Positions 49,166 to 60,172 of a stretch of DNA of 64,000 nucleotides are shown here, piece by piece. This DNA is from Candidatus Kaiserbacteria bacterium (GTDB taxonomy: Bacteria > Patescibacteriota > Minisyncoccia > Phycocordibacterales > UBA918). The translations under genes were made by a program, and so were the position numbers. The stretch's first letter is position 1. Every line of letters begins with the position of its first letter. The notes beneath the pieces are model-generated. The model saw only the letters and a program-made list of their open reading frames with translations. It was not told the origin of the DNA and searched no databases. The stretch lies in assembly GCA_031430855.1 (NCBI GenBank), contig JANPCG010000004.1, forward strand, positions 10,845 to 74,844, written 5' to 3'.

Positions 49166-49549
49166 ATGAAAGATACCTACGTTCATGCAGTATTAGAACT
49201 GTTATCTTCCGGTGAATCGGCTGAGACTGTTTTAGTAAACCTCAAAAAGGTTCTGGCAGCGCGGGGACATAGTAAATTACACGCCAGCATACTTAGCAGT
49301 CTTGCTACCAAGCTGCAATTGGAGACAGAGCACAATCTACCAAAAGTTGTACTAGCTAAAGAGGGGAGTGTCAGTGAAGCTGAAATCAAACGTGCCCTGA
49401 GTACGCTCAGTGCACCAAATGATAATTATAGTGTCACTTATAATCCTAATATTATTGGTGGACTCATCGCTACCTTTCAAAGTAAACAACTAGACCAAAG
49501 TTACCAAACCAAGCTACGTGAATTATATCAATCAATTATCACCGCCTAA
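49166..49549 (+). CDS. atpH: F1 subunit delta (short form)
   Basis: NPNIIGG....D.S...L C-terminus; position between atpF and atpA. Confidence 0.8.
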   Translation: MKDTYVHAVLELLSSGESAETVLVNLKKVLAARGHSKLHASILSSLATKLQLETEHNLPKVVLAKEGSVSEAEIKRALSTLSAPNDNYSVTYNPNIIGGLIATFQSKQLDQSYQTKLRELYQSIITA

Positions 49550-49562
49550 TTATTATAAATAT

Positions 49563-51128
49563 ATGAGCACCACCATTATTGACCGAATTAAAAAAGAAAT
49601 CGCCGCTTTGGATGTTACTGTTACCCCAAAAGAAATAGGTACGGTAACTGCCGTATCTGACGGTATCATTGAAATCTCTGGCTTAACTTCAGCCAAGGTG
49701 ATGGAAATGGTGGTGTTTGGTGTGGGTGAGGGAGCGACTCTCGAAACTGCCCTCAAGCAAACAACTGTTCTCTATGGTCTCGTACTTAACCTCGAGGAGG
49801 ATGTGGTGAAGGTGGTGGTGCTTGGTGAAAGTGCTGGCATCCGTGAAGGGATGACGGTGTTCCGTACCAACACGCTACTTTCTGTACCTGTTGGTGATGG
49901 CATTGTCGGGCGAGTGGTCAATGCCCTTGGTGAAATGATTGATGGTAAAGGTGCAATCACGACTGATAAAAACATGCCGATTGAACGGGTAGCCTATGGC
50001 GTGATGGATCGTTCATCGGTAAACGAACCAATTCACACGGGGATCAAAGCAATTGATTCTATGATTCCAATTGGACGTGGTCAGCGTGAACTTATTATTG
50101 GTGACCGTGGTACTGGGAAAACAACCATTGCGATTGATACTATCATCAACCAAAAGTACGAACCAAAAGAGAAACGACCAATTTGTATTTATGTAGCTAT
50201 TGGTCAGAAGCGTTCAAAAACTGCCAACATCATGGCCCAGCTCGAGAAAGCGGGTGCGATGGAATACACGACTATCATCGCCACGTCAGCGTCTGAAGCT
50301 TCGCCACTCTTGTTCCTTGCTCCATTTACGGGCATGGCGATTGGTGAGTACTTTATGGAGCAAGGTCGTGATGTTTTGATTATTCTTGACGACCTGAGTA
50401 AACACGCGGTAGCGTACCGACAGATGTCACTCTTGCTCCGTCGCCCACCAGGACGTGAAGCCTACCCCGGAGACATCTTTTACCTTCACTCACGTCTCCT
50501 CGAGCGATCAGCAAAATTATCAGCCGAACTCGGCGGCGGCTCAATCACTGCCTTGCCAATTATCGAAACCCAAGAAGGTGACGTGTCGGCGTACATTCCA
50601 ACCAACGTCATTTCAATTACTGACGGGCAGATTTTCCTTGAAACTGATCTCTTTAACAAGGGTATTCGTCCAGCCTTGAACGTCGGTATTTCAGTATCGC
50701 GTGTGGGATCAAGTGCCCAAACCAAAGCGATGAAGGCGGTGGCGGGGAAGATTCGTCTTGAGCTTGCTCAGTTCCGCGAACTGGAAGCCTTTATGCAATT
50801 TGCCTCTGATCTAGATGCCGATACAAAAGCTCGTATCGACAGTGGTCGCAAATATGTAGAGATGCTCAAGCAAACGCAAAACAACCCGATGCCGTTCTAC
50901 AAACAAGTGGTATCTATTTATGGAGCGAACACCGGATTGTTCGATGGAGCTGACCCAAAAAATGTGCGCGCGATTGAAGACTCGTACCAAGCCTTCATCC
51001 TTCGTGACCGCAAGGACATGCTCGATACTATCGAAACAACCCGCGCTCTGTCTGACGAACTCAAGGCCGACCTTGATACATCAATTGTTGATTTCAAAGA
51101 AGCGAATAGTAACTTGTACACTGCGTAA
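49563..51128 (+). CDS. atpA: F1 subunit alpha
   Basis: GRGQRELIIGDRGTGKT, RRPPGREAYPGD, PTNVISITDGQ. Confidence 0.98.
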   Translation: MSTTIIDRIKKEIAALDVTVTPKEIGTVTAVSDGIIEISGLTSAKVMEMVVFGVGEGATLETALKQTTVLYGLVLNLEEDVVKVVVLGESAGIREGMTVFRTNTLLSVPVGDGIVGRVVNALGEMIDGKGAITTDKNMPIERVAYGVMDRSSVNEPIHTGIKAIDSMIPIGRGQRELIIGDRGTGKTTIAIDTIINQKYEPKEKRPICIYVAIGQKRSKTANIMAQLEKAGAMEYTTIIATSASEASPLLFLAPFTGMAIGEYFMEQGRDVLIILDDLSKHAVAYRQMSLLLRRPPGREAYPGDIFYLHSRLLERSAKLSAELGGGSITALPIIETQEGDVSAYIPTNVISITDGQIFLETDLFNKGIRPALNVGISVSRVGSSAQTKAMKAVAGKIRLELAQFRELEAFMQFASDLDADTKARIDSGRKYVEMLKQTQNNPMPFYKQVVSIYGANTGLFDGADPKNVRAIEDSYQAFILRDRKDMLDTIETTRALSDELKADLDTSIVDFKEANSNLYTA

Positions 51129-51140
51129 TAAAATACTACT

Positions 51141-52046
51141 GTGGCACTCAAACAAATTAAAAACAAAATAATTTCGACCAAGAAAACTGGTAAGGTAACC
51201 AAAGCCATGGAGGCGGTGTCGGCAGTTAAAATGCGCAAGAGTCAGGCGCGTGCCTTTGATAGTCGTCCGTATATACATGCGGCGATGCGGATTTTAGCGC
51301 GGCTTTCACAATCGGGGGATGTGACAACCCATCCACTTGCGCAAAAGCGAGATACTGCGAAGAAACTAGTGGTGATGGTCACGAGTGACAAAGGTCTAGC
51401 GGGGAGCGTTAATAGTGCCATTATTAAAACGGTTGAGATGATGGTGCGAGCAGGTGAGCAGTTTGACGTCATAACGATTGGTCGCAAAGCGACTGAGTTT
51501 GCTGCGCGAGCTAACCTCGCGAATCTTGGTCAATTCAATAATGTGAGCGATGACGTAACAGTTGCAGATGTATACGCCATGGCTGATGTAGCCTTATCTT
51601 CATACAAAGCCGCGGAAACTTACAGCAAAGTTGAGGTAATCTACCAGAACTTTATCTCAACGTTTGAACAAGAACCAACCATACGTCAAATTCTCCCCCT
51701 TGATCCTGCCGAAATTCACTACATCATGCAAGGTATCAAACCCAAGGTCGGGAAATTCAGTGACTCAGTTGTATCGGCAGATAACGTCATTAATTACGAA
51801 ATCGAACCAACCGCTTCCGCTGTGCTTGATGTCCTCATTCCACAGCTTGTCCAAATTATGCTTTTCCATGCCTTACTTGAGAGTAAGGCGTCCGAGCATA
51901 GCGCCCGTATGGTCGCTATGAAAAATGCCACCGACAAGAGTAAGGAAGTAACAAAGTTCCTAACGCTAAAATACAACAAAGCCCGCCAAGCTGCGATTAC
52001 GGCTGAGGTGGCTGAAATTACTGGCGGTATGGAGGCACTTAAGTAA
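51141..52046 (+). CDS. atpG: F1 subunit gamma
   Basis: TKAME.VSA.K, SDKGL.G, SEH.ARM.AMK.AT, RQAAIT.E. Confidence 0.97.
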   Translation: MALKQIKNKIISTKKTGKVTKAMEAVSAVKMRKSQARAFDSRPYIHAAMRILARLSQSGDVTTHPLAQKRDTAKKLVVMVTSDKGLAGSVNSAIIKTVEMMVRAGEQFDVITIGRKATEFAARANLANLGQFNNVSDDVTVADVYAMADVALSSYKAAETYSKVEVIYQNFISTFEQEPTIRQILPLDPAEIHYIMQGIKPKVGKFSDSVVSADNVINYEIEPTASAVLDVLIPQLVQIMLFHALLESKASEHSARMVAMKNATDKSKEVTKFLTLKYNKARQAAITAEVAEITGGMEALK

Positions 52047-52050
52047 TAAT

Positions 52051-52374
52051 ATGAAAAATAAATCAACACAAACTCATATTTTTAATATAGTACTCGATGA
52101 CATGTATTTTTTTCATATCGCCGGACTGTCTACGTTGGCATGGATTTTTTCGACAATTCTCTTGATATTTATCTTAGGTAAAGAAGTAGTTGCACTATAT
52201 TTGATACTAGCTTTTACGTACCCAATTGCTTTAATAATTCAGTTGTTTCTTTTATATACAGTTTCGTATTTTAAGAAAAAAAATATGATGAACCAACTAA
52301 AATTTGCATCACTTTTGTCTATAGCCTGTTTGCCAATAGCGGTTCTCGTTTCTTACATAATGGTTTTCATGTAA
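52051..52374 (+). CDS. AT-rich three-TM hypothetical protein inserted in the atp operon
   Basis: 107-aa ORF starting 4 nt after the atpG stop; hydrophobic; visibly AT-richer than neighbours. Confidence 0.65.
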   Translation: MKNKSTQTHIFNIVLDDMYFFHIAGLSTLAWIFSTILLIFILGKEVVALYLILAFTYPIALIIQLFLLYTVSYFKKKNMMNQLKFASLLSIACLPIAVLVSYIMVFM

Positions 52375-52383
52375 CGGTTGTAG

Positions 52384-53981
<1,598 letters not shown>

Positions 53982-54018
53982 TGATTTCTTGGCAACTAAA
54001 AATAATGTTAAAAATATT

Positions 54019-54264
54019 ATGGCAAAACTATTAAAATTGACGATATCTAAGGTTGATGCTCCCGTATTTGACGGGGACGTGGTTTCGGTGACGGTCCCCG
54101 GAACTGAAGGGGAGATGACGATTCTTGCTGACCACACGGCGCTTATTTCCGTGCTAAAGCCTGGAATGATTACGGTGGTGACAGAAGGAGGTGCTAAAGA
54201 GACTTTTGAAACAAGTAGTGGAACAATCGAAATCAGTAACAACCACGCTACTGTTTTAATCTAG
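54019..54264 (+). CDS. atpC: F1 subunit epsilon, beta-sandwich only
   Basis: VPG.EGEMTILA.H.ALIS.L..G, GT.E; no C-terminal helices. Confidence 0.9.
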   Translation: MAKLLKLTISKVDAPVFDGDVVSVTVPGTEGEMTILADHTALISVLKPGMITVVTEGGAKETFETSSGTIEISNNHATVLI

Positions 54265-54375
54265 TTTACCTACCAATACATTCATAAAAAAACGGGTAAA
54301 GTAACGCCTGGTTTTTTGTTTGAAATAAAGGTTTATGCCGCACGTATTAATATTATAACAACAATATAAATATTT

Positions 54376-55071
54376 ATGGATAAAAATAAAGTCGCCATGA
54401 TAGCGGTTGGAGCTTTTATATTAGGTGGTTTGGGTGTGGCGGCAGTCGGAAATATGGGCGGACATGGCTGGAATCGTGGTTATGAAAATGATAGCGGTCG
54501 AGAGTGGGGGATGGGTGATATGATGCATGGCGACTATCGAACTGTAGACCGCATAGATGATACTTCTAACAAAAATGATACAGGTATGATGGGTGACAGC
54601 AATATGGGAATGGGGAACATGCACGATATGAATATGATGGTGCAAAGTGAACGAGAATTTCTCCAGGCGATGATACCTCATCACGAGGAAGCAATTTCAA
54701 CCGCCAAAGAAGTAGTGGAGCGTGGAGGGTCTACGGCAGAAATAAAGACACTCGCCGAAAATATTATTAAGGCCCAAGAAAAAGAAGTGCTGGATATGAA
54801 AACGTGGTACAAAAATTGGTATGGTACTGACTACGTTGCTGATGGAAAGTATAAGCCAATGATGCGAACACTTTCTAATCTTTCTGGAGCTGAACTGGAT
54901 AAGGTGTTCTTAAGTGATATGATCATGCACCATATGGGAGCGATTATGATGGCGCAAAGTGTCTCATCTCACATTGAACATCAAGAGATGACAACACTCG
55001 CTCAGAATATCAAAACAACCCAAAGTGATGAGATAACACAGATGCAAAATATCCTTAAAACGTTAAACTAA
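54376..55071 (+). CDS. DUF305-family Met/His-rich exported protein
   Basis: Two FL..MI.HH..AI..A repeats, LA.NI...Q..E. Confidence 0.88.
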   Translation: MDKNKVAMIAVGAFILGGLGVAAVGNMGGHGWNRGYENDSGREWGMGDMMHGDYRTVDRIDDTSNKNDTGMMGDSNMGMGNMHDMNMMVQSEREFLQAMIPHHEEAISTAKEVVERGGSTAEIKTLAENIIKAQEKEVLDMKTWYKNWYGTDYVADGKYKPMMRTLSNLSGAELDKVFLSDMIMHHMGAIMMAQSVSSHIEHQEMTTLAQNIKTTQSDEITQMQNILKTLN

Positions 55072-55082
55072 CGTTTTTAAAA

Positions 55083-55120
55083 AACAAAAAACCTTTCAGG
55101 TAACTGAAAGGTTTTTTGTT
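55083..55120. terminator. Bidirectional terminator
   Basis: AACAAAAAACCTTTCAG-GTAA-CTGAAAGGTTTTTTGTT. Confidence 0.85.
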
Positions 55121-55140
55121 AAAAAGATTTTTGAGGTTAT

Positions 55141-55671
55141 TTAGAGAGCAATACTGTCAGCGGAGGTCTTCTCCAGTCCTTCTTGTTTTGGAGTCTCAAC
55201 TTTACACGATGTTTTTGCGGTATTTTTGAATGTGTCCCACGCAGCTTTACGACTATTTTTTAGTTGTTCACTGACTGATTTCTTGTCAGTCTTCCAGGTC
55301 TTCCACGCAGTGGTGAGTGCTTGATTTCGTTCATTAGCGTCAGCAATATTCCAGCCAACTACGAGACTATTTCTTCGATTGGATAGTCCGGTAGCCATTT
55401 TATCGCTAAAAGTTGTCCAGGCGGTAGCGATACTTGCTTCACGAACACTTACTGCCGTAGCCATACAGGTTCGATCAGCGGTACTGCTCGCGTTTTTAAC
55501 TTTTGGTGTACTACTCGCTTTATCACCCCGCATTTTTAGTGAATCAAATTGGGCTGAAAGTGTTTGTAGTTGATTGGTTAGTGTTTGTATATCGAGTGTC
55601 GCCGCTTTTGTCTGTGCTGGCATAATCAGCAAAGCGAAAAACGCAAAACTGAAAACAATGTACTTTGTCAT
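55141..55671 (-). CDS. Secreted helical hypothetical protein with a Cys pair
   Basis: Signal peptide; C...A...RE and W..F......C pattern. Confidence 0.75.
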   Translation of the reverse strand: MTKYIVFSFAFFALLIMPAQTKAATLDIQTLTNQLQTLSAQFDSLKMRGDKASSTPKVKNASSTADRTCMATAVSVREASIATAWTTFSDKMATGLSNRRNSLVVGWNIADANERNQALTTAWKTWKTDKKSVSEQLKNSRKAAWDTFKNTAKTSCKVETPKQEGLEKTSADSIAL

Positions 55672-55787
55672 ATTGATTATGGTTAATTGATAATAAACCT
55701 TTACCTATTATACAGTAAGGGTGAGTAATCTTTGAAATAAAAGCCCAAACGAGTAACTTTTTAGTTACATAAAGGGTTAAAATTAGT

Positions 55788-55958
55788 ATGAAAATAAGAG
55801 TATCATCACAGAAAACTGTACTTTTGGCGTTCACGAGCTTTTTTTGCCTACTTTATATTATGGATTTTTTCGTTCCTGAAGAAAAAATTTACCCCAACCC
55901 TGCCGCTTATATCGAAGGAGCAACGCCGCCTCGTACTGAAATCTGGGAGATGTACTAA
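55788..55958 (+). CDS. Putative 56-aa single-TM protein (below ORF-track cutoff)
   Basis: MKIRVSSQKTVLLAFTSFFCLLYIMDFFVPEEKIYPNPAAYIEGATPPRTEIWEMY; stop abuts the mutM stop. Confidence 0.5.
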   Translation: MKIRVSSQKTVLLAFTSFFCLLYIMDFFVPEEKIYPNPAAYIEGATPPRTEIWEMY

Positions 55959-55959
55959 T

Positions 55960-56826
55960 TTATTTTTGACATCCGGGGCAATAATGGGTTCCTCTCCCAG
56001 CAGCTCTGATTTTCACAATCAATGTGCCGCAGCGTGAACAGGGTGTCTTTTGTTTCCCAAATACGTTCAGGTAATCAGTAAAATTGCCGGCGTCTCCGCC
56101 GGTGTCAGCAAAATGCTGGAAGGTAGTACCGCCTACCACAATGGCCTCGTTCATCACGTTACCAGCTGACTCCGCTATGAGTGTTGCTTCGGCTTTGGTG
56201 ACTCGATTTGCTCTTCTCGTTGGACGTACCCGGGCGCGCCAGAGGGCTTCGTCTACGTAAATATTCCCCAAGCCGGCAATAAATGATTGGTCTAAAAGAG
56301 CTGCTTTCACGAGCGCTTTCTTTTTTCGGAGTGCGGTGACAAAGGAGGGGGTGTCAAAGTCTGGGTCAATCGGCTCGGGTCCGAACCCTTTACGGGCAAG
56401 GGTAACGAGTGCCGCGGTGGCGAGTTTGGTGTATCCAAATAGGCGCATATCGTTAAAATAAAGCTGACTTTGATCACTAAAGTGAAAAGCGACCCGGGTA
56501 TGCCGGTTGGGGAGGTGTGTACTCGAAGATTCTGTCATACTGTGGCCGCCCCCGGTAATAGATCCGCCTTTAGCCACGTAAAAAAATTGTCCGGTCATTT
56601 TGAGGTGAGCAAGTATAAATATGTCCTCTTCGTTGGTAAAACTAATAATCAGAAGTTTACCGACGCGATCGATATGAGCAATCGTTTTATGTGCAAGGGT
56701 TTGGACGAAACTCTCATCGTGTTCAATTGTTTTACTGTGGTAGACCGTAATGTCACTGATTGTCTTACCAATAATTTTCCGCATTAATTGGAGGCGTACC
56801 GTCTCAACTTCAGGGAGTTCTGGCAT
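55960..56826 (-). CDS. mutM: Formamidopyrimidine-DNA glycosylase
   Basis: MPELPEVETV, HLKMTG, D.R.FG, GLGNIY.DE, C..C...R.T.YCP.CQ. Confidence 0.96.
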   Translation of the reverse strand: MPELPEVETVRLQLMRKIIGKTISDITVYHSKTIEHDESFVQTLAHKTIAHIDRVGKLLIISFTNEEDIFILAHLKMTGQFFYVAKGGSITGGGHSMTESSSTHLPNRHTRVAFHFSDQSQLYFNDMRLFGYTKLATAALVTLARKGFGPEPIDPDFDTPSFVTALRKKKALVKAALLDQSFIAGLGNIYVDEALWRARVRPTRRANRVTKAEATLIAESAGNVMNEAIVVGGTTFQHFADTGGDAGNFTDYLNVFGKQKTPCSRCGTLIVKIRAAGRGTHYCPGCQK

Positions 56827-56995
56827 AGTGACACTATTGTACACAACATTACAAAAACGAGTACAAATCTTATATAGAATGGCTTGAAATAACAGTCAAA
56901 AACTGATCGAAAAATGTGCACCACGAGGAAATATAATGACCTCTGTTGACGAGTGGTAAGCATTTTGCTGTCAGATTTGGCTGTTAGTTCTGCCA

Positions 56996-57049
56996 AGCAA
57001 GCCACTTTATTACTGTGTACATTAGTCCTCTGTAATAAAGTGGCTTGCT
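56996..57049. repeat. 18-bp perfect inverted repeat with 18-nt centre
   Basis: AGCAAGCCACTTTATTAC...GTAATAAAGTGGCTTGCT. Confidence 0.75.
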
Positions 57050-57128
57050 ATTGTGGTTCTCTATTAGATGGGTTCTACCCAAAAAACAGAGCCGTAGAGA
57101 CCCTGTTTTAGCTGGTATTTATGTAGTA

Positions 57129-57380
57129 TTAGGTTCTTCGCAATGCTCCAATGATCGTAATGAGTATAACTGATCCTACGATAGCAACCATAAAACTATA
57201 TAGGTCAAAACCGTTTACGGATGGTTGTCCAAGACTGCTCATTATCCAGCCTCCTAAAACTGCACCAATAATTCCGATGACAACATTTAAGATGATACCT
57301 TGTTGATTATCTGTCCCCATAATTATCGAGGCTACCCATCCGACAATTCCCCCAAAAAATATCCACAATAAAATTCCCAT
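57129..57380 (-). CDS. GlsB/YeaQ/YmgE-family stress membrane protein
   Basis: WI..G...GW.A..I, N...GI.GA.LGG. Confidence 0.92.
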   Translation of the reverse strand: MGILLWIFFGGIVGWVASIIMGTDNQQGIILNVVIGIIGAVLGGWIMSSLGQPSVNGFDLYSFMVAIVGSVILITIIGALRRT

Positions 57381-57403
57381 ATGTATATAGTTATGTGTAA
57401 AGG

Positions 57404-57757
57404 TTACTCCTGATTCCGTAAGCGAGCGCTTGCTTCAGGGGTGCTAATATCTTCACCCATGAGAAAGAGATTTATGATTCCAGCCGCAATCACAAAGTAG
57501 ATGATGGCGGCGAGAATGGTGGTCCATTCAAAGATTGTTCCCGCTGCATAAGTGACACGAAATACAGCGGTAAATGGAGCTACGAGGATGTCAGTCAGAC
57601 TATAGATGACGTTCGTAAATGTGGCAGAGCCGTTAGCTGCTAACAACTTAAGTACGAAGCGTAGCGCGAGTAGTATCTCGATTGCACCGACGATAAACCA
57701 AACTATTTGTGTTCCCAAGTACACTGACGGTGCGTTTGGAGAAGAATATGTAGTCAT
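57404..57757 (-). CDS. YggT-family membrane protein
   Basis: LRF.LKLL.AN...F...IY..T..L..PF. Confidence 0.82.
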   Translation of the reverse strand: MTTYSSPNAPSVYLGTQIVWFIVGAIEILLALRFVLKLLAANGSATFTNVIYSLTDILVAPFTAVFRVTYAAGTIFEWTTILAAIIYFVIAAGIINLFLMGEDISTPEASARLRNQE

Positions 57758-57808
57758 ACAATAATAAATTAAGAGCTAATAAAAACAGGAACTCAACATA
57801 GAGAATGA

Positions 57809-58399
57809 TTATTTCATATGTTTGAGCTCTTCAAATTCAGCCCGCAGTTTAGCTAGACTCTGTTCAAAGTCGTCAGCCCGTTTTGTGTAAGCGGCTTCGA
57901 GCTCGCTTGCGTGTCCAGCAAATGAATCAGCTATGTCCATCATTTCCGTAATATCTTCCATGGCGAGCAGAATAATTGGCGGAATATCAGTTTGACCGGC
58001 ATCATTTTTGTAATGAATTTGTCTAGCGTTAAGAATCATGATCTTGCGACCAATCGAAGGAAAATCATGGGTTACTTTAAAGCCCTTAAAAAATGTATTT
58101 TTCGGGAGAATATCTTCCAGGAGGCGCCGTAGTTCGGGAATATCCCATTGACCGTTACCAAGTTTATACACCAGAGTATTTTCGGTATCTTTTAATGCAA
58201 CTTGAAAAGTCTGATAAAACGATTCATTCGCCGCAAGGACACAGAGGTTTTTATCGAGAATAATAACTGGTTCTCGAACCACATCAACAATTGTTTTAAT
58301 GTAAATCCAACTTCCTTCCCACATTTGGGTAAAGAAGTCGACACCACTTGCAAGGTTCGTATCGTTTTGAGTCAGAGGCATTTTTGATTGAATGTCCAT
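57809..58399 (-). CDS. Stand-alone PAS domain protein with C-terminal coiled coil
   Basis: VREP..ILD..L.V..AN..FY..F, LGNGQW.IP.L..LLE.ILP, LNARQ, LAMED.T. Confidence 0.88.
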   Translation of the reverse strand: MDIQSKMPLTQNDTNLASGVDFFTQMWEGSWIYIKTIVDVVREPVIILDKNLCVLAANESFYQTFQVALKDTENTLVYKLGNGQWDIPELRRLLEDILPKNTFFKGFKVTHDFPSIGRKIMILNARQIHYKNDAGQTDIPPIILLAMEDITEMMDIADSFAGHASELEAAYTKRADDFEQSLAKLRAEFEELKHMK

Positions 58400-58407
58400 A
58401 ATACTTT

Positions 58408-58434
58408 AGCCGCGTCACGATCGAGATTATTGCA
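58408..58434 (-). promoter_or_regulatory. Putative ECF-sigma promoter
   Basis: TGCAAT-N16-CGGCT, 8 nt before the PAS gene ATG. Confidence 0.6.
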
Positions 58435-58497
58435 AAAGCATCAATTTAGTAATATTAATGGTATAGTGTAATTTGTTACTAATAATTGACATATTTA

Positions 58498-58524
58498 TGT
58501 AATATAAATGCGTTCCAAACGGCA
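58498..58524 (+). promoter_or_regulatory. Putative autoregulatory ECF-sigma promoter
   Basis: TGTAAT-N16-CGGCA, 9 nt before ATG 58534. Confidence 0.7.
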
Positions 58525-58533
58525 TCACTATAT

Positions 58534-59067
58534 ATGTTATCCATCCAAGAAAAATTGGAATTACAGCTCATTATGACAGCTGCCCATAACGACTTTGAAA
58601 AAGGTCTTAAGAAACACGCCAAATTTAGATTGAACGACGAGACAAAGTGTGACGATTTGGTACAAGATACCTTTATGAAGACGTGGGTATATTTGGTTAA
58701 GGCTGGTAAAATTGATTTGATGAAGCCGTTTTTGTACCACATATTAAATTGTCTAATTATCGATGAGTATCGAAAAAAAAAGAGCACCTCGCTTGATGCA
58801 TTGTTAGAAAAAGGTTTTGAGCCCGGCAATGATGACTTTGTCAGAACGGTTGATATGTTAGATGGTAGGTCAGCACTAAAACTCATTGCGTTATTGCCGC
58901 CCTCGTATCAAAAAATTATGACGATGCGTTACGTGGAGGATTTAACCCTTAGTGAAATCTCTGAAGTTACCGGTCAAACTAAAAATACGATTGCCGTAAA
59001 AACACATCGTGGAATGGAAAAGCTACGGGCATTATATAGTTTTCATTACCCAACCGTCTCAGTGTAA
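58534..59067 (+). CDS. ECF-type RNA polymerase sigma factor
   Basis: DDLVQDTFMKTW (region 2), FLY.I.N.LIID.YRK, region 4 L...EI....G.....I.V..HRG. Confidence 0.92.
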   Translation: MLSIQEKLELQLIMTAAHNDFEKGLKKHAKFRLNDETKCDDLVQDTFMKTWVYLVKAGKIDLMKPFLYHILNCLIIDEYRKKKSTSLDALLEKGFEPGNDDFVRTVDMLDGRSALKLIALLPPSYQKIMTMRYVEDLTLSEISEVTGQTKNTIAVKTHRGMEKLRALYSFHYPTVSV

Positions 59068-59089
59068 TAGTGTTCAAGTTGTGTCGGCA
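59063..59089 (+). promoter_or_regulatory. Putative ECF-sigma promoter of the fasciclin gene
   Basis: TGTAAT-N16-CGGCA overlapping the sigma stop codon. Confidence 0.65.
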
Positions 59090-59156
59090 CAATCAGTGTC
59101 CGAGAAATTACTTTTGGTATTCTCGCGGAAAATTTTTACACAGTAATTTTCTTTAT

Positions 59157-59555
59157 ATGAAAAACATTATAGATACCGCAATAGATAATACCCAGTTCTC
59201 AACTCTGGTAACTGCTATCAAAGCAGCTGGTTTAGTTGAAGTGCTTTCCGGGGTAGGACCTTTTACGGTGTTTGCACCGACTAATGATGCGTTTGCTAAA
59301 ATTGATCCTGATACGCTCAAGGCTGTCTTAGCAGATAAAGAAAAACTCACCTCAATTTTGACCTACCACGTGGTGGCCGGAAAGGTTATGGCAGCTGACG
59401 TCGCAGCACTTTCTACGGCAACAACCGTACAGGGTGATGATGTTGCGATTGATACTACCTCTGGAGTAAAAGTTAATGACGCCATGGTGACAGCCACTGA
59501 TATTGAATGCACTAATGGAGTGATTCATGTGCTTGATACGGTATTGATGCCGTAA
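59157..59555 (+). CDS. Fasciclin (FAS1) domain protein without signal peptide
   Basis: FSTLV.A..AAGL, GPFTVFAPTNDAF, ILTYHVV, NGVIHV.D.VL.P. Confidence 0.95.
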   Translation: MKNIIDTAIDNTQFSTLVTAIKAAGLVEVLSGVGPFTVFAPTNDAFAKIDPDTLKAVLADKEKLTSILTYHVVAGKVMAADVAALSTATTVQGDDVAIDTTSGVKVNDAMVTATDIECTNGVIHVLDTVLMP

Positions 59556-59594
59556 GCGGAATCGAAATTAGCCTCGAGTGTTCTTTCGTCAATT

Positions 59595-59627
59595 GCAAAA
59601 ATCAGTCTCCCGGAGATTGATTTTTGC
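59595..59627 (+). terminator. Terminator after fasciclin gene
   Basis: GCAAAAATCAGTCTCC-C-GGAGATTGATTTTTGC. Confidence 0.7.
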
Positions 59628-59646
59628 GTTACGTAAGACTGTTTTG

Positions 59647-59673
59647 TGTAATAATCCCAGTCTCACTGCGGTA
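59647..59673 (+). promoter_or_regulatory. Putative ECF-sigma promoter
   Basis: TGTAAT-N16-CGGTA upstream of the small secreted protein. Confidence 0.65.
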
Positions 59674-59763
59674 ATAGAGACAGTGGAGGTATGTCTGCAA
59701 TTGGTAGCACCTCAAATTTCCACCGCAGTATTCGATTGTTAATAACCTAACTTAATTTATTGT

Positions 59764-60039
59764 ATGATAATGGCTACTTCAAAGCAGGGGATGGTAGGAG
59801 TGGTAGGTTTCGTGTTGGTGATTAGCTGTCTTTTGTCCGTACTTGTAACTCCGGCCTCAGCTTCTGCTGCCGTGTATGCCTATGTAGACACAGCTGGCGA
59901 AGTAAAATCAGTGACAGCAAACGACTGGATGACCGCAATTGCAATTGCGCCTGGTATTCATATCCATAGTGGGGTAATGCTCCTTACTACAGCGATAGAC
60001 TATTTGATGGTAGGAGATTCCGTACAGAGTGCAAAATAG
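59764..60039 (+). CDS. Small secreted hypothetical protein
   Basis: Signal peptide ending ASA-A; YAYV...G.V..V.A.....A...AP.I..HSGV. Confidence 0.75.
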   Translation: MIMATSKQGMVGVVGFVLVISCLLSVLVTPASASAAVYAYVDTAGEVKSVTANDWMTAIAIAPGIHIHSGVMLLTTAIDYLMVGDSVQSAK

Positions 60040-60055
60040 GTTTATATTTAGATGG

Positions 60056-60090
60056 ATACAGGGGGAACGCCGTAGGCGTTCCCCCTGTAT
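60056..60090. terminator. Terminator hairpin
   Basis: ATACAGGGGGAACGCC-GTA-GGCGTTCCCCCTGTAT. Confidence 0.8.
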
Positions 60091-60172
60091 TGTGTCCCGT
60101 AATTAGGTAGAACTGGTTACTAAGGAGTATGGTTAGGGTATCTGTACGTTTTATTTTTTATAAAAAAGCACT

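Noticed and set aside
54019-54264. atpC as a pseudogene because the C-terminal helices are missing
   Set aside because: Clean stop followed by a terminator-like hairpin and an intact beta-sandwich; short epsilon subunits are a known natural form.
59660-59730. Riboswitch-like alternative pairing (ACTGCGGT/ACCGCAGT versus GTCTC/GAGAC)
   Set aside because: The 5' strands overlap the putative ECF -10 element and would not be transcribed; no known aptamer consensus was recognised.
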